Positions 47,054 through 56,900 are shown, counted from the first letter of the stretch. The stretch: 60,870 nucleotides of DNA from Candidatus Omnitrophota bacterium (GCA_041651035.1 JBAZKC010000001.1:1-60870), one strand, 5' to 3'. Translations and numbers: made by a program. The notes: a model not told the origin generated them from the letters alone.

Positions 47054-48152
47054 ATGTTTTAGCTCTACGCTTTGAACCTTTCATCAGGTCTACAAATTCC
47101 CCGAATAGATACGCGGCATCATGAGGCCCTGCCGAAGCTTCCGGATGGAATTGCACGGAGAATATGGGCAGTTTTTTATGCCGCATCCCTTCTAAGGTCT
47201 GATCATTTAAATTTATATGGGTCATCTCTACTTCCTTTTTATTTAAAGAATCTAAATCTACGCAGAAACCATGATTCTGAACCGTTATAGAAACCTTGCC
47301 CGTCCTTAGATCTTTGACCGGATGATTCGCGCCGTGATGGCCAAATTTAAGCTTATAAGTTTTGCCTCCGAGAGCAAGGCCTAATATTTGCTGCCCCAGG
47401 CAGATACCAAATATCGGCAGTTTTCCCATCAATTTTCTGGTAGTTTCAATAACATAACTTACAGCCGCCGGGTCTCCGGGGCCGTTAGAGAGCAATAGCC
47501 CGTCCGGTTTCATCTTCAGTATCTCTGCGGCTTCTGTATCAGCGGGCATAACTATAGGCTGGCATTTATTTCTTAGTAGTTCCCTTAAAATATTAAATTT
47601 TACCCCGCAATCAAGGACAACTACCTTATATTTGCCTTGCCCTGCTTTATTCCAGATATACTGGCGGCGGCTGGCGACTTCCTTAACCAGATCCACGCCG
47701 ATAAGACCGGGCGAATCCTTGGCCTTTCTGACCAGGTTTTTTTCATCCAGGTCTTCTGTAGACAAGGCTGCCTTCATTGCCCCTGCCTGCCTTATATGCA
47801 AAGTAAGCCTGCGCGTGTCTATACCTTCTATACCCAGAATGTTATTTTCTTTAAGATACTCGCTTAAGGATTTCTCTTTACGCCAATTGCTGGCGATCTT
47901 GCTGCATTCTTTTACGACGAAACCCTCCAAGAAAGGTTTGCAGGATTCCACGTCTTGCGCGTTGACACCGTAATTGCCTATCAACGGATAAGTCATGGCA
48001 ACAATCTGGCCCTTGTAGGAAGGATCTGTAATGATCTCCTGGTAGCCGGTCATGCTGGTATTAAAGACCACTTCTCCGAATCTTTCTCCTCTGGCGCCGA
48101 AAGATTCGCCAATAAACACCGTTCCATCCTCTAAAACAAGCAACGCTTTCAT
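47046..48152 (-). CDS. carA: Carbamoyl-phosphate synthase small (glutaminase) subunit
   Basis: 368 aa with GICLGQQ and FHPE. It overlaps the carB start by 8 nt. Confidence 0.9.
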   Translation of the reverse strand: MKALLVLEDGTVFIGESFGARGERFGEVVFNTSMTGYQEIITDPSYKGQIVAMTYPLIGNYGVNAQDVESCKPFLEGFVVKECSKIASNWRKEKSLSEYLKENNILGIEGIDTRRLTLHIRQAGAMKAALSTEDLDEKNLVRKAKDSPGLIGVDLVKEVASRRQYIWNKAGQGKYKVVVLDCGVKFNILRELLRNKCQPIVMPADTEAAEILKMKPDGLLLSNGPGDPAAVSYVIETTRKLMGKLPIFGICLGQQILGLALGGKTYKLKFGHHGANHPVKDLRTGKVSITVQNHGFCVDLDSLNKKEVEMTHINLNDQTLEGMRHKKLPIFSVQFHPEASAGPHDAAYLFGEFVDLMKGSKRRAKTYA

Positions 48153-48215
48153 TTTTTATTTATACCTTTTACCGCCACAGCCATTGGATATCCTCGGAGG
48201 GATCCCGCTTCGCGG

Positions 48216-49841
48216 TTATTTATGCGTCGGTTCGGGGGAATTCTGGAATTTTAACGCCGCTTTGATAAACTCCCTGAATAAAGGAGCCGGCTTATCAGGT
48301 TTAGATTTGAATTCCGGATGAAACTGCACCGCGATAAAATAAGGGTGGCCTTTTAATTCAACGATCTCTATCAACCCCCGCTTAGGATATATGCCGCAAA
48401 ATTCCAAGCCCTTGTTCTCTAATAATTTCTTATACTTATTATTGAATTCATACCTGTGCCGGTGGCGTTCCTGAATCAGGGTTTTTCCGTATACCTTAAA
48501 AGCCAGGGAATCTTTTTTAATTTTGCAAGGATAGGCGCCCAGGCGCATAGTGCCTCCCATATCCTTAACCTTCTCCTGCTCCGCCAATAAGCTGATCACC
48601 GGGTATTTGGTCTTGGGGTTGAATTCCGTAGAATTGGCATTTTTTAAGCCGCAGGCATTCCGGCTGAATTCAATGACAGCGCATTGCATACCCAGGCACA
48701 GTCCCAGGAAGGGGATCTTATTTTTCCTGGCAAATTGTATAGCCTTAATCTTGCCTTCAATACCCCTATAACCAAACCCGCCCGGGACAAGGACCCCTGA
48801 GACATCTTTAAGAAACTTTTCCGGCCCTTCCTTTTGGATATCTTCGGAATCTACCTTCCTGATTTCTACTCTGGCATCGTTATATATTCCCGCGTGGATC
48901 AAAGACTCATAAATAGATTTATAAGCGTCCTGTAAGGCAATATATTTACCCACCAATACTATAGTTACCTTGTTCTTAGGATCAACCGCTCTTTCTACTA
49001 CATTCTTTTCCCACTCTTTTAGATCCGAGAATTTACATATCAATTTAAAATGGCTTAAGATTATTTCATCCAAGATCTGATTTTTAAAAAGCAGGGGTAT
49101 CTCATAAATTGAACCTACATCCCTGGCTTCTATAACCGCTTCTTTGCGCACATTGCAAAATAAGGATATCTTATCTTTTAATTCATTAGACAACGCTTTT
49201 TCCGTGCGGCAGATCAATATATCCGGCTGTATGCCGATCTCGCGCAATGTCCCGACGCTGTGCTGCGTCGGCTTTGTTTTTATTTCATCCGCGCACTTTA
49301 TATAAGGAACAAGGGTAAGGTGGATATATATAACATTGTCCTTGCCCGCGTCTAAACTGAATTGCCTGGCTGCTTCTAAAAACGGCAGGCTTTCGATATC
49401 GCCTACTGTCCCGCCGACTTCAACAATAACGATATCGGCTCCGGATACGCTGGCGACTTTCTTTATCCTGTCTTTTATTTCGTTAGTTATATGGGGAATT
49501 ACCTGGATGGTTTTGCCTAAATAATCTCCGTGCCTCTCTTTGGAGATTACCGTATTATATACCTGGCCGGTAGTAACATTATTGAACTTGGTCATCTGAG
49601 CCGAGACAAATCTTTCGTAGTGCCCTAAATCCAGGTCTGTCTCTGCCCCATCCTCGGTGACATAAACCTCGCCGTGCTGATAGGGATTCATTGTACCGGG
49701 GTCTACATTAATATAAGGATCAAGCTTCATCAGGGTGACTTTTAACCCCCGCGATTCCAGGATCCTGCCTATGGAAGCGGAGGTAATCCCCTTACCTAAG
49801 CTTGATATCACGCCACCGGTTACAAATATGTACTTTGCCAT
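48216..49841 (-). CDS. pyrG: CTP synthase
   Basis: 541 aa with [26 protein letters not shown] and QFHPEF. Confidence 0.95.
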   Translation of the reverse strand: MAKYIFVTGGVISSLGKGITSASIGRILESRGLKVTLMKLDPYINVDPGTMNPYQHGEVYVTEDGAETDLDLGHYERFVSAQMTKFNNVTTGQVYNTVISKERHGDYLGKTIQVIPHITNEIKDRIKKVASVSGADIVIVEVGGTVGDIESLPFLEAARQFSLDAGKDNVIYIHLTLVPYIKCADEIKTKPTQHSVGTLREIGIQPDILICRTEKALSNELKDKISLFCNVRKEAVIEARDVGSIYEIPLLFKNQILDEIILSHFKLICKFSDLKEWEKNVVERAVDPKNKVTIVLVGKYIALQDAYKSIYESLIHAGIYNDARVEIRKVDSEDIQKEGPEKFLKDVSGVLVPGGFGYRGIEGKIKAIQFARKNKIPFLGLCLGMQCAVIEFSRNACGLKNANSTEFNPKTKYPVISLLAEQEKVKDMGGTMRLGAYPCKIKKDSLAFKVYGKTLIQERHRHRYEFNNKYKKLLENKGLEFCGIYPKRGLIEIVELKGHPYFIAVQFHPEFKSKPDKPAPLFREFIKAALKFQNSPEPTHK

Positions 49842-49864
49842 AGCTTTACTCTATATATAAAATC

Positions 49865-49900
49865 AGCGTTTAGTACCGACACCTCGGCCTCCTAAACGCC
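49865..49900 (-). promoter_or_regulatory. Terminator-like hairpin in the pyrG 5' leader
   Basis: In the minus-strand RNA GCGUUUAG (49899-49892) pairs with CUAAACGC (49873-49866). An inner helix CCGA/UCGG is present, and GAUUUUAUAUAU follows. The structure lies 24-59 nt upstream of the pyrG AUG. Confidence 0.55.
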
Positions 49901-49937
49901 GTTGTTTTTATTTCTAAGGGCTCCCTTGCCCTAAAGT

Positions 49938-49965
49938 AGTATAACACATTTTTATATACTGTCAA
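49938..49965 (-). promoter_or_regulatory. Sigma-70 promoter of pyrG with extended -10
   Basis: On the minus strand TTGACA (49965-49960), a 16-nt spacer, then TGtTATACT (-10 at 49943-49938). The predicted start falls on GGGC (49931-49928). Confidence 0.65.
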
Positions 49966-50070
49966 ACAAAAAGCGCCATCAAAATATAGGCCTATATATG
50001 TAGAGTCTTTAACTATTCCTAGCGCTATCTTTCGCAATAATATTAACCATTTTTCCGGCTTCGCTTCCGC

Positions 50071-50094
50071 GTGCTGAAAATTTTCTCCGTGCAC
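50071..50094. repeat. Copy 1 of a 23-24-bp motif GTGC-N-GAAAATTTTC-TC-N-TGCAC
   Basis: The sequence is gtgctgaaaattttctccgtgcac. Its core GAAAATTTTC (50076-50085) is a perfect 10-bp palindrome. Confidence 0.7.
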
Positions 50095-50194
50095 TGCGGT
50101 TTACACCTCGCTTACGCTCGCGACTTACGCTTTTAAGAGCAGATTACTCGGCTTCAGCTCGGCGTAATCCCTTGTGCACTACTTTTAAGGCGCT

Positions 50195-50217
50195 GTGCCG
50201 AAAATTTTCTCATGCAC
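50195..50217. repeat. Copy 2 of the same motif, 124 bp from copy 1
   Basis: The sequence is gtgccgaaaattttctcatgcac, with core GAAAATTTTC at 50200-50209. Confidence 0.7.
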
Positions 50218-50269
50218 GCTCCAGCAAAGCCGCGAAAGCTGCTTTATTGCTAGAAATATAGCTGTCTAG

Positions 50270-50506
50270 CTAATGAACCTGACGATTATTCGAGCGAATG
50301 GAGCTTTTAGCCAGAGGAGCTTATAGCATTTGAGGGAATCCCGAGGTCAGCCGACAGGCTGACAATCTCGGGACGACGATGCTGTTTGAGTAGCATTTGC
50401 TAGAGCAAATGCTAAGAGTTCAGCAGCCGCCGAGAATGCGAAAGAACTCTGGCAGGCCCGTTAGGGCAAAAGCGACCTTGAGCGAGAAGAACGGCAGATT
50501 CATTAG
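50270..50506. ncRNA. Candidate structured RNA or DNA element (about 237 nt, multi-helix); class and strand unknown
   Basis: The closing helix pairs 50270-50281 with 50495-50506 (11 of 12 bp). A nested hairpin pairs CCCGAG+GTCAGCC with GGCTGAC+CTCGGG (50340-50372). A 9-bp hairpin pairs AGCATTTGC with GCAAATGCT (50392-50413), flanked by GCTG/CAGC. A bulged helix pairs GCCGCCGAG with CTC(T)GGC(A)GGC (50426-50457). No credible ORF is present, and the GC content is higher than in typical intergenic DNA here. Confidence 0.3.
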
Positions 50507-50535
50507 ATACGGTGGCTATTACCTATATATGAGAA

Positions 50536-50567
50536 TACAAAAGCGCCCCGAAAAACCCGGGGCGCTT
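50536..50567 (-). terminator. Intrinsic terminator of the glt operon
   Basis: The minus strand reads AAGCGCCCCG-7 nt-CGGGGCGCTT (10 bp) running into TTTTGTATT. It starts 27 nt after the stop at 50594. Confidence 0.8.
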
Positions 50568-50593
50568 ATAACGCATTCCTACAGAGAAGACCT

Positions 50594-52234
50594 TTAAGAT
50601 TTCAGGATCTTCTTTGCCTTATCGTCATCCCTATCCGTAATAAACGGTACGCCTGTTTCTTTTTCAGTCTCACGGTTAGCTGAAAAGATATCGTCGCGGC
50701 TGATGGCCTTTAAGGAGAATCTCCTGGCTCCCGCCATTAATTGCTGTATACCGGCGACTAATTTATCCGCTAGCGTCCATACAGCGATCGCCCCGAATGG
50801 GATATTCTTTATCTCGTCCTTGCCGACTTTTTTCTGGACATCGTAGTAACCGGCGAAGATCTCTTCAGGCATGGCCCCGAATTCAGACACGGAATTAGGC
50901 AATTTATCCCAATTCCCATGCACCCTGTCTTTTGCTGAAGCGTTTAAAGCGCCTTCAATGTTTGAACCCAGGAAACCCGGTATCATTAAGGCACGGCCCA
51001 TGCAAACTAATTTGGTGTACGGCGCGCCCAAAGCCAATGCTTTAAAAATATGATCCTCTCTTGCCAAGCCTCCGGCAAAAGCCATATCCACTACCTTCTT
51101 GCCTTTCTTGGTAAGTATCTGGGCGTATTCATAGGCCTTGGCATGCAGGAACAAAGAAGGAACCCCCCAGGTCTCCATCATATTCCAGGGGCTCATCCCG
51201 GTTCCGCCGCCTGAGCCATCGATAGTGAGAAGATCAAGTTTTGTGTCGGTAGCAAGCTTGATGGACATAGCCAATGCTTCCATACCATAAGAACCCGTCT
51301 TAAGGGAAATGCGCTTGTAACCGATCTTGCGCAGATGCTTTACCGCCTGGATAAAGTTATCCTCTACGGCCTTGCCTGAAGAAAGGCTGGTATAGCCTAA
51401 ACGGCTGTGCCTGGCAAATGACTTAATCGCTCCATGTTTAAAAGCTTCCTGTACCCCGGGAAGCGTGGGATCCGGGTCAACAACGTAGCCTCTCTTTTTA
51501 AGGAAGATCGCGTATTCAAGGCTGGTAACTTGTATTTCACCACCGATGTCCTTGGCACCCTGGCCCCATTTTAATTCAATAATTACTTTGTCACCATATT
51601 TACCAATGACGTATTCTGCTACGCCATTACGCGTATCCTCAACATTCATCTGGACTATAATTGCTCCGTATCCGTCGTAATAACGTAAATATGTCTCAAT
51701 TCTGCGGTCTAATTCCGGGGCCTTGATGATTTTCCCGTCTTTAAGCTCCGCTTTCTGATCAATGCCGACAACGTTTTCTCCAACAACTATAGGAAATCCC
51801 ACCAACGCCGCGCCCACAGCAAAAGATTCCCAATATTTGGCAGCAACAAAAGTTGAACCTAGGGCTCCGGTCATGACCGGGATCCTGGACTTTGTCTTTA
51901 CTTGCTGGCCGAATTCAGTTTCCAGGCTTACATTAGGGAAAATGCATTCGTCTTCGGAATTGGATAACCCCTTAGGCAAGCCAGTGGCGCCGTAATTGTA
52001 ACCATTTATACGTAACGAATTATAACAAACTCCTAAATGCGAGGTATTGCCGCTTCCAGCTGTAGAGAAACTATATTCTCTGGGATAAAGTACTTTTCTC
52101 CCTCTTAAAGAAGATAACCATGTTTCGCATTTACCCGTACAACTTACCAGGCAAAGCGTGCATAAACCGGATTCCGCGGGATTGCCCCTGTTTACTGTTC
52201 CTAAAACATCATTTGCTTTTGGCTGCTGAATCAT
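50594..52234 (-). CDS. Stand-alone FMN-binding glutamate-synthase-domain-2-like protein with N-terminal Cys cluster
   Basis: 546 aa. The N-terminal cluster is CTLCLVSCTGKC. It resembles the GltB FMN domain (DGSGGGTGMSP, GGLAREDHIFKALALGA). Confidence 0.8.
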   Translation of the reverse strand: MIQQPKANDVLGTVNRGNPAESGLCTLCLVSCTGKCETWLSSLRGRKVLYPREYSFSTAGSGNTSHLGVCYNSLRINGYNYGATGLPKGLSNSEDECIFPNVSLETEFGQQVKTKSRIPVMTGALGSTFVAAKYWESFAVGAALVGFPIVVGENVVGIDQKAELKDGKIIKAPELDRRIETYLRYYDGYGAIIVQMNVEDTRNGVAEYVIGKYGDKVIIELKWGQGAKDIGGEIQVTSLEYAIFLKKRGYVVDPDPTLPGVQEAFKHGAIKSFARHSRLGYTSLSSGKAVEDNFIQAVKHLRKIGYKRISLKTGSYGMEALAMSIKLATDTKLDLLTIDGSGGGTGMSPWNMMETWGVPSLFLHAKAYEYAQILTKKGKKVVDMAFAGGLAREDHIFKALALGAPYTKLVCMGRALMIPGFLGSNIEGALNASAKDRVHGNWDKLPNSVSEFGAMPEEIFAGYYDVQKKVGKDEIKNIPFGAIAVWTLADKLVAGIQQLMAGARRFSLKAISRDDIFSANRETEKETGVPFITDRDDDKAKKILKS

Positions 52235-52469
52235 TTTCTAGGTCCTCCCTGTTAAGCTTTAATCATATTCTGCCTCAATATTAGGCATTGTAGCTTTTTA
52301 AAAAAATACGCCCCTTAAGCTCAAGAGACGTCTTTGTCTTTTGCTTTATATCCTGATATCCTGTTACTTTAAGTTTCCTTACTTCTTTGTAAGGGCTCTA
52401 AAGGGATACCGTGTTTTAATGTATTAATAATAATATAAAGGTATCCTTTGTCAAGGATTTTATAGTTTG

Positions 52470-53912
52470 TTATATTACCGGCAAGCTGGATTCCCCCATA
52501 AGGTATTTATCAATATGGTATGCCGCGCTGCGGCCTTCGGATATGGCCCAGACAACCAGAGATTGCCCTCTATGCATATCTCCGGCCGCGAATACCTTAT
52601 TTACAGAAGTAAGATATTCATTATTGGTTTTTACATTCCCCCTGCTGTCTAATTCCAAATTGAACTTTTCTAATAAGCCTTTTTTCTCAGGATGAAGAAA
52701 CCCTAAAGCCAAAATAACCAGGTCTGCCTCAATTTCAAACTCACTCCCCCTGATCTCCCGCATAGCCGGGCAGCCTTTAGCGTCTTTCTTGAACTCTGCC
52801 CTGACACAGAGTATTTTCTTTAACTTCCCGGACTCGCCAATAAATTTCTTGGTAAGAATAGACCAGTCGCGCTCTCCTCCCTCTTCATGGCTGGTTGATG
52901 TCTTAAGAATAAGCGGATATTTTGGCCAGGGATAATCCCGGGTGCGGCATTCTTCGGGCCTGGGCATAATTTCAATCTGAGAAACACAAAGCGCGCCTTG
53001 CCTATGGGCTACGCCCATACAATCCGCACCTGTATCTCCCCCACCGATAACTACAACTCTCTTGCCCCTGGCATCAATTAATTTATCAGCGGCAATCTTT
53101 TCACCAGCCACCCGCTTATTAGACTGTATAAGGTAATCCATGGCAAAATATACGCCGGATAAATCCCTTCCTTCGATATCCAGGTCGCGGGGGGTACGTG
53201 AACCGCAAGCCAAAACTAAAGCATCAAAGCCTTTCTTTAATTCTTCTACCGGATAATCCAAGCCTACGCTTACCGAAACCTTAAATTCTATACCTTCTTT
53301 TTTAAGTAAATTTATCCTCCTATCTAAAATATTTTTTTCTAATTTAAAATCCGGTATGCCGTAGCGCAATATTCCTCCGATCTTATCATCGCGCTCAAAG
53401 ACAGTTACATTATGGCCTGCCTTGTTAAGCTGGTCCGCGCAGGCAAGGCCCGCGGGGCCTGAGCCGACCACGGCGATCTTCTTACCGGTGCGTTTCTTGG
53501 GTGGATAGGGTTTAATTATCCCGTGCTTAAAGCCATATTCAGTAATTGCCAATTCATTATCGCGGATAGTTACCGGGTCATCATTTATCCCTAAAACACA
53601 GGCATATTCGCAAATCGCCGGGCAGATCCTTCCGGTAACCTCAGGAAGATTATTTGTCGCGGATAACAACCCAAACGCCTTTTCCCAATGTTTGTTGAAT
53701 ACCGCGTCGTTCCATTCCGGTATATAATTTCCTACCGGGCAGCCCCAATGGCAAAAAGGCGTTCCGCAATCCATACAGCGCGAAGCCTGCTCCTGGGAGT
53801 GTTCTTTCTTAGGCAGGACCGTTACCTGCGCGAAATCTTTTACGCGCTCGCAAACCGGGCGAGCCTGGCCCTTCTTGCGTTTAATTTTCAGGAAACCTTT
53901 AATATCACCCAT
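52470..53912 (-). CDS. gltD: Glutamate synthase small subunit (NADPH)
   Basis: 480 aa with an N-terminal Fe-S Cys motif (CMDCGTPFCH), VVGSGPAGLACA and AAGDMHRGQSLVVWAI. Confidence 0.9.
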   Translation of the reverse strand: MGDIKGFLKIKRKKGQARPVCERVKDFAQVTVLPKKEHSQEQASRCMDCGTPFCHWGCPVGNYIPEWNDAVFNKHWEKAFGLLSATNNLPEVTGRICPAICEYACVLGINDDPVTIRDNELAITEYGFKHGIIKPYPPKKRTGKKIAVVGSGPAGLACADQLNKAGHNVTVFERDDKIGGILRYGIPDFKLEKNILDRRINLLKKEGIEFKVSVSVGLDYPVEELKKGFDALVLACGSRTPRDLDIEGRDLSGVYFAMDYLIQSNKRVAGEKIAADKLIDARGKRVVVIGGGDTGADCMGVAHRQGALCVSQIEIMPRPEECRTRDYPWPKYPLILKTSTSHEEGGERDWSILTKKFIGESGKLKKILCVRAEFKKDAKGCPAMREIRGSEFEIEADLVILALGFLHPEKKGLLEKFNLELDSRGNVKTNNEYLTSVNKVFAAGDMHRGQSLVVWAISEGRSAAYHIDKYLMGESSLPVI

Positions 53913-56900
53913 CTGAATATTCCTCTAAATCTAACTTTTTCACTAATTTCTTTTCTTCTAATATGCGTTTGTATTCCAAGGGCATCACTTTTATAAAATG
54001 CTTAATTTCCTGTTTTAAATTATCCAGGATCATCTTGGCTAAAGCGCTGGCAGTATATTTATGATGATTCAAAAGGAGGTTCTTGATTGTTTCGATATCC
54101 TGCTTATCCGGTGAATCCAGTTCTACCATACCCATATTACATTTATTTTTAAAAGTACCCTCTTTATCGTAGACATAGGCGATCCCTCCGGACATACCCG
54201 CCCCGAAATTCCTTCCGGTCGCCCCTATTACCGCTACCCGGCCCCCGGTCATATATTCACAGGCATGGTCTCCCACGCCTTCAACTACCGCCAGAAGCCC
54301 GGAATTCCTGATACAAAATCTCTCCCCCGCCACCCCCCGTATATAAGCTTCTCCGCTGATCGCGCCGTAAAAAGTAGTATTACCGATAATAATATTATCT
54401 TCCGGTCTGTAATCCGCTTTCTTATCCGGATAGACTATGATTTTTCCTCCGGAAATACCCTTACCGATATAATCATTACTCAAACCTTCAAGTTCAAAAG
54501 TTACGCCCTTAGCAAGCCAGGCGCCGAAACTTTGGCCAGCCACGCCTTTAAATTTAAAATAGATTGAATCTTCCGGCAACCCTTCTTCTCCGTAAGTTTT
54601 GCAGATTTGGCCGCTGAGCATAGCGCCGGTAGCCCGGTTGACATTCTTAATAGGAAGTTCTTGCCTGATTTCTTCTTTCTTCTCTAAGGCCGGCCTGGCT
54701 AATTCTATAAGCTTACGGTCCAATATATCATCAATACCGTGGTCCTGTTTAATTACGCAATGCCTGCCGATAGATTCCCGGACATTGGGCTTATAGAGTA
54801 TCCGCGAGAGATCTATGCCTTTTGCTTTCCAGGGCAGTATATCTGAATTCAACTCAAGCAAATCAGCGCGGCCGATCATCTCATCTATTTTCCTGATGCC
54901 AAGCGAACTCATGATCTGGCGCAGTTCCTGCGCGACAAAACGGAAATAATTCTCAATATATTCGGGTTTGCCCTGAAACTTTTTCTCAAGCATTTCATCC
55001 TGCGTGGCGATCCCTACCGAACAGTTATTCAGGTTACAGTGCCTTAACATTACGCAGCCTAAAACTATCAATACCGCCGTGCAAAACCCAAATTCCTCCG
55101 CTCCCAATAACGCGGCTATAGCTACGTCCCGTCCGGTGCGCATCTGCCCATCTGCCTGAAGCCGCACCCGGCTGCGCAGATCATTTAACACCAGGGTCTG
55201 ATTGGCCTCAGAAATCCCCAATTCCCAAGGTAAACCCGCGTGCTTAATTGAACTTAAAGGAGACGCGCCTGTCCCTCCATCTCCGCCTGAAATTAAGATC
55301 ATGTCCGCGTGGCCCTTGGCTACACCGGCGGCAATAGTCCCTACGCCAATTTCAGAAACTAACTTTACGCTTATACGCGCGGACGGATTAGTATTTTTTA
55401 GATCAAAAATAAGTTGGGCCAGATCTTCAATTGAATAAATATCGTGGTGGGGAGGGGGAGAAATTAAGGTAACCCCGGGCGTAGTGTAGCGCGTCTTGGC
55501 TATGGTTACGCTTACCTTATGCCCCGGCAATTGCCCGCCTTCTCCGGGTTTAGCGCCCTGGGCTATCTTGATCTGTATCTCATCTGCGTTTACCAGATAA
55601 TTCGTAGTTACGCCGAAACGGCCTGAAGCAACTTGTTTGATGGCGCTTCTTTTTGATTCTCCGTTGGGTAACGGATTAAAACGGCTGGGGTCTTCCCCGC
55701 CTTCTCCGGTATTGGATCTGCCTCCCAACCGGTTCATGGCAATAGCGATTGTTTCATGGGTGGCGCGGGAGATTGAACCAAAACTCATCGCCCCGGTAGC
55801 AAAACGCCTGATGATCTCTTCAGCCGGCTCAACTTCTTCAATAGGAACAGGCGTGGGATTCTTGAACTTAAGGATGCTTCTTATGGTGGTTGGTTGCCTG
55901 GACTGATCATTAATTAATCGCGAGAACTCAATATAACGCTTGGCATCGTTATTGCGGGCGGCATCCTGCAAGGCGGCAATACTCTCCGGATTCCAAAGAT
56001 GGAATTCTCCGTCGCGTTTCCACTGATACAGGCCGCCTGAAGATAAGAGTTGGGGATTTTGGGTAATTCCGCTGAACGCGGCTTTATGGCGCATTAACGT
56101 CTCTTTGGCTATGACCTCTAAGCCTGCTCCGCCAAGGCGTGAAACTGTTCCGGTAAAATATTCCTCAATTACATCATTATCTAATCCCAGGGCTTCAAAT
56201 ATCTGCGCGCCGCGATAACTCTGTAAAGTAGATATCCCCATTTTAGAAAGTATTTTTAAGATCCCTTTATTAATGGCCTTGATGTAATGTTTTACCGCGC
56301 TTTCCTTATCTATTGTAAGCTCTTTATCATCCGCGAGCCTTTCAACTGCTTTATATCCTAAATAAGGATTGACGCAGTCAGCGCCATAGCCGAACAATAG
56401 CGCGAAATGATGCACTTCGCGCGGCTCAGCGCTCTCTATAATTAAGCTGATCTGTGTACGCTTAGCCTTACGGACCAAATAATGATGCACGGCTGCTGTA
56501 GCTAAAAGGCTGGGTATGGCCGCATGGCCCTTATCTATTCCCTTATCAGATAATATTATAAAGGTATACTTATCTTTTAAGGCTCCAACAGCTTCTTTAC
56601 GTATCCTTTCGATCGCTTTTCTTAAAGAATATTTCTTATCAGCTTCAAATAGTAATGATATGGTCTTAGTTTTAAAACCGGCTTTTTTTATCTTACGGAT
56701 TATCTCCAGCTCTTCATTTGTAAGAATAGGATTCCTGACGAATAACTTATGGCAATGCGCGGCTGTTTCATCCAGGATATTCTTCTCCGGGCCCAGATAC
56801 GTATGCAGGCTCATAACCAGTTCTTCGCGAATAGGGTCGATCGCCGGATTAGTTACCTGGGCAAAAAGCTGCTTAAAATAACTAAAGAGCAATTGCGGCC

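Noticed and set aside
49870-50094. A 74-aa minus-strand ORF (GTG start) in the pyrG upstream region.
   Set aside because: It reads through the repeat motif, the pyrG promoter hexamers and the leader hairpin. It has no SD and an implausible composition.
50071-50217. Possible mini-CRISPR array suggested by the repeated 23-bp motif (also considered for the repeats at 263-329).
   Set aside because: There are only two copies, spaced 124 bp apart (much longer than a CRISPR spacer). The flanks are partly similar, and no cas genes or leader are present.
50273-50305. Resemblance to the 3' half of a TPP riboswitch (GAACCUGA...CGA-UUAU-UCG...AGCGAAUGGA).
   Set aside because: The obligatory upstream CUGAGA/P2-P3 elements are absent (only CUAGAAAUAUAGC is present). 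No plus-strand gene lies downstream for a riboswitch to regulate.
49991-50531. A 10-bp direct repeat CCTATATATG at 49991-50000 and 50522-50531, considered as a target-site duplication of an inserted element of about 520 bp.
   Set aside because: No terminal inverted repeats lie just inside the two copies. The repeat is AT-rich and short enough to arise by chance. It is kept only as a note.
49966-50535. Known housekeeping RNA (RNase P RNA, tmRNA, SRP/4.5S RNA, 6S RNA) in the long ORF-free gap.
   Set aside because: None of the diagnostic sequences could be found on either strand: the GAGGAAAGUCCGGGC / ACAGAA..CGGCUUA P4 strands, a tRNA-like GGUUCGA..CCACCA end with an ANDxxALAA tag frame, or a GNAR-tetraloop SRP domain IV with AGCAGCC asymmetry. 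A weak CAGCAGCC/CUGGCAGGCCC similarity to 4.5S RNA does not sit in the right structural context.
50397-50597. A 66-aa plus-strand ORF inside the structured element and the glt terminator.
   Set aside because: The product is highly basic and low in complexity. The ORF overlaps the terminator hairpin and the 3' end of the convergent gene, and no translation signals are present.
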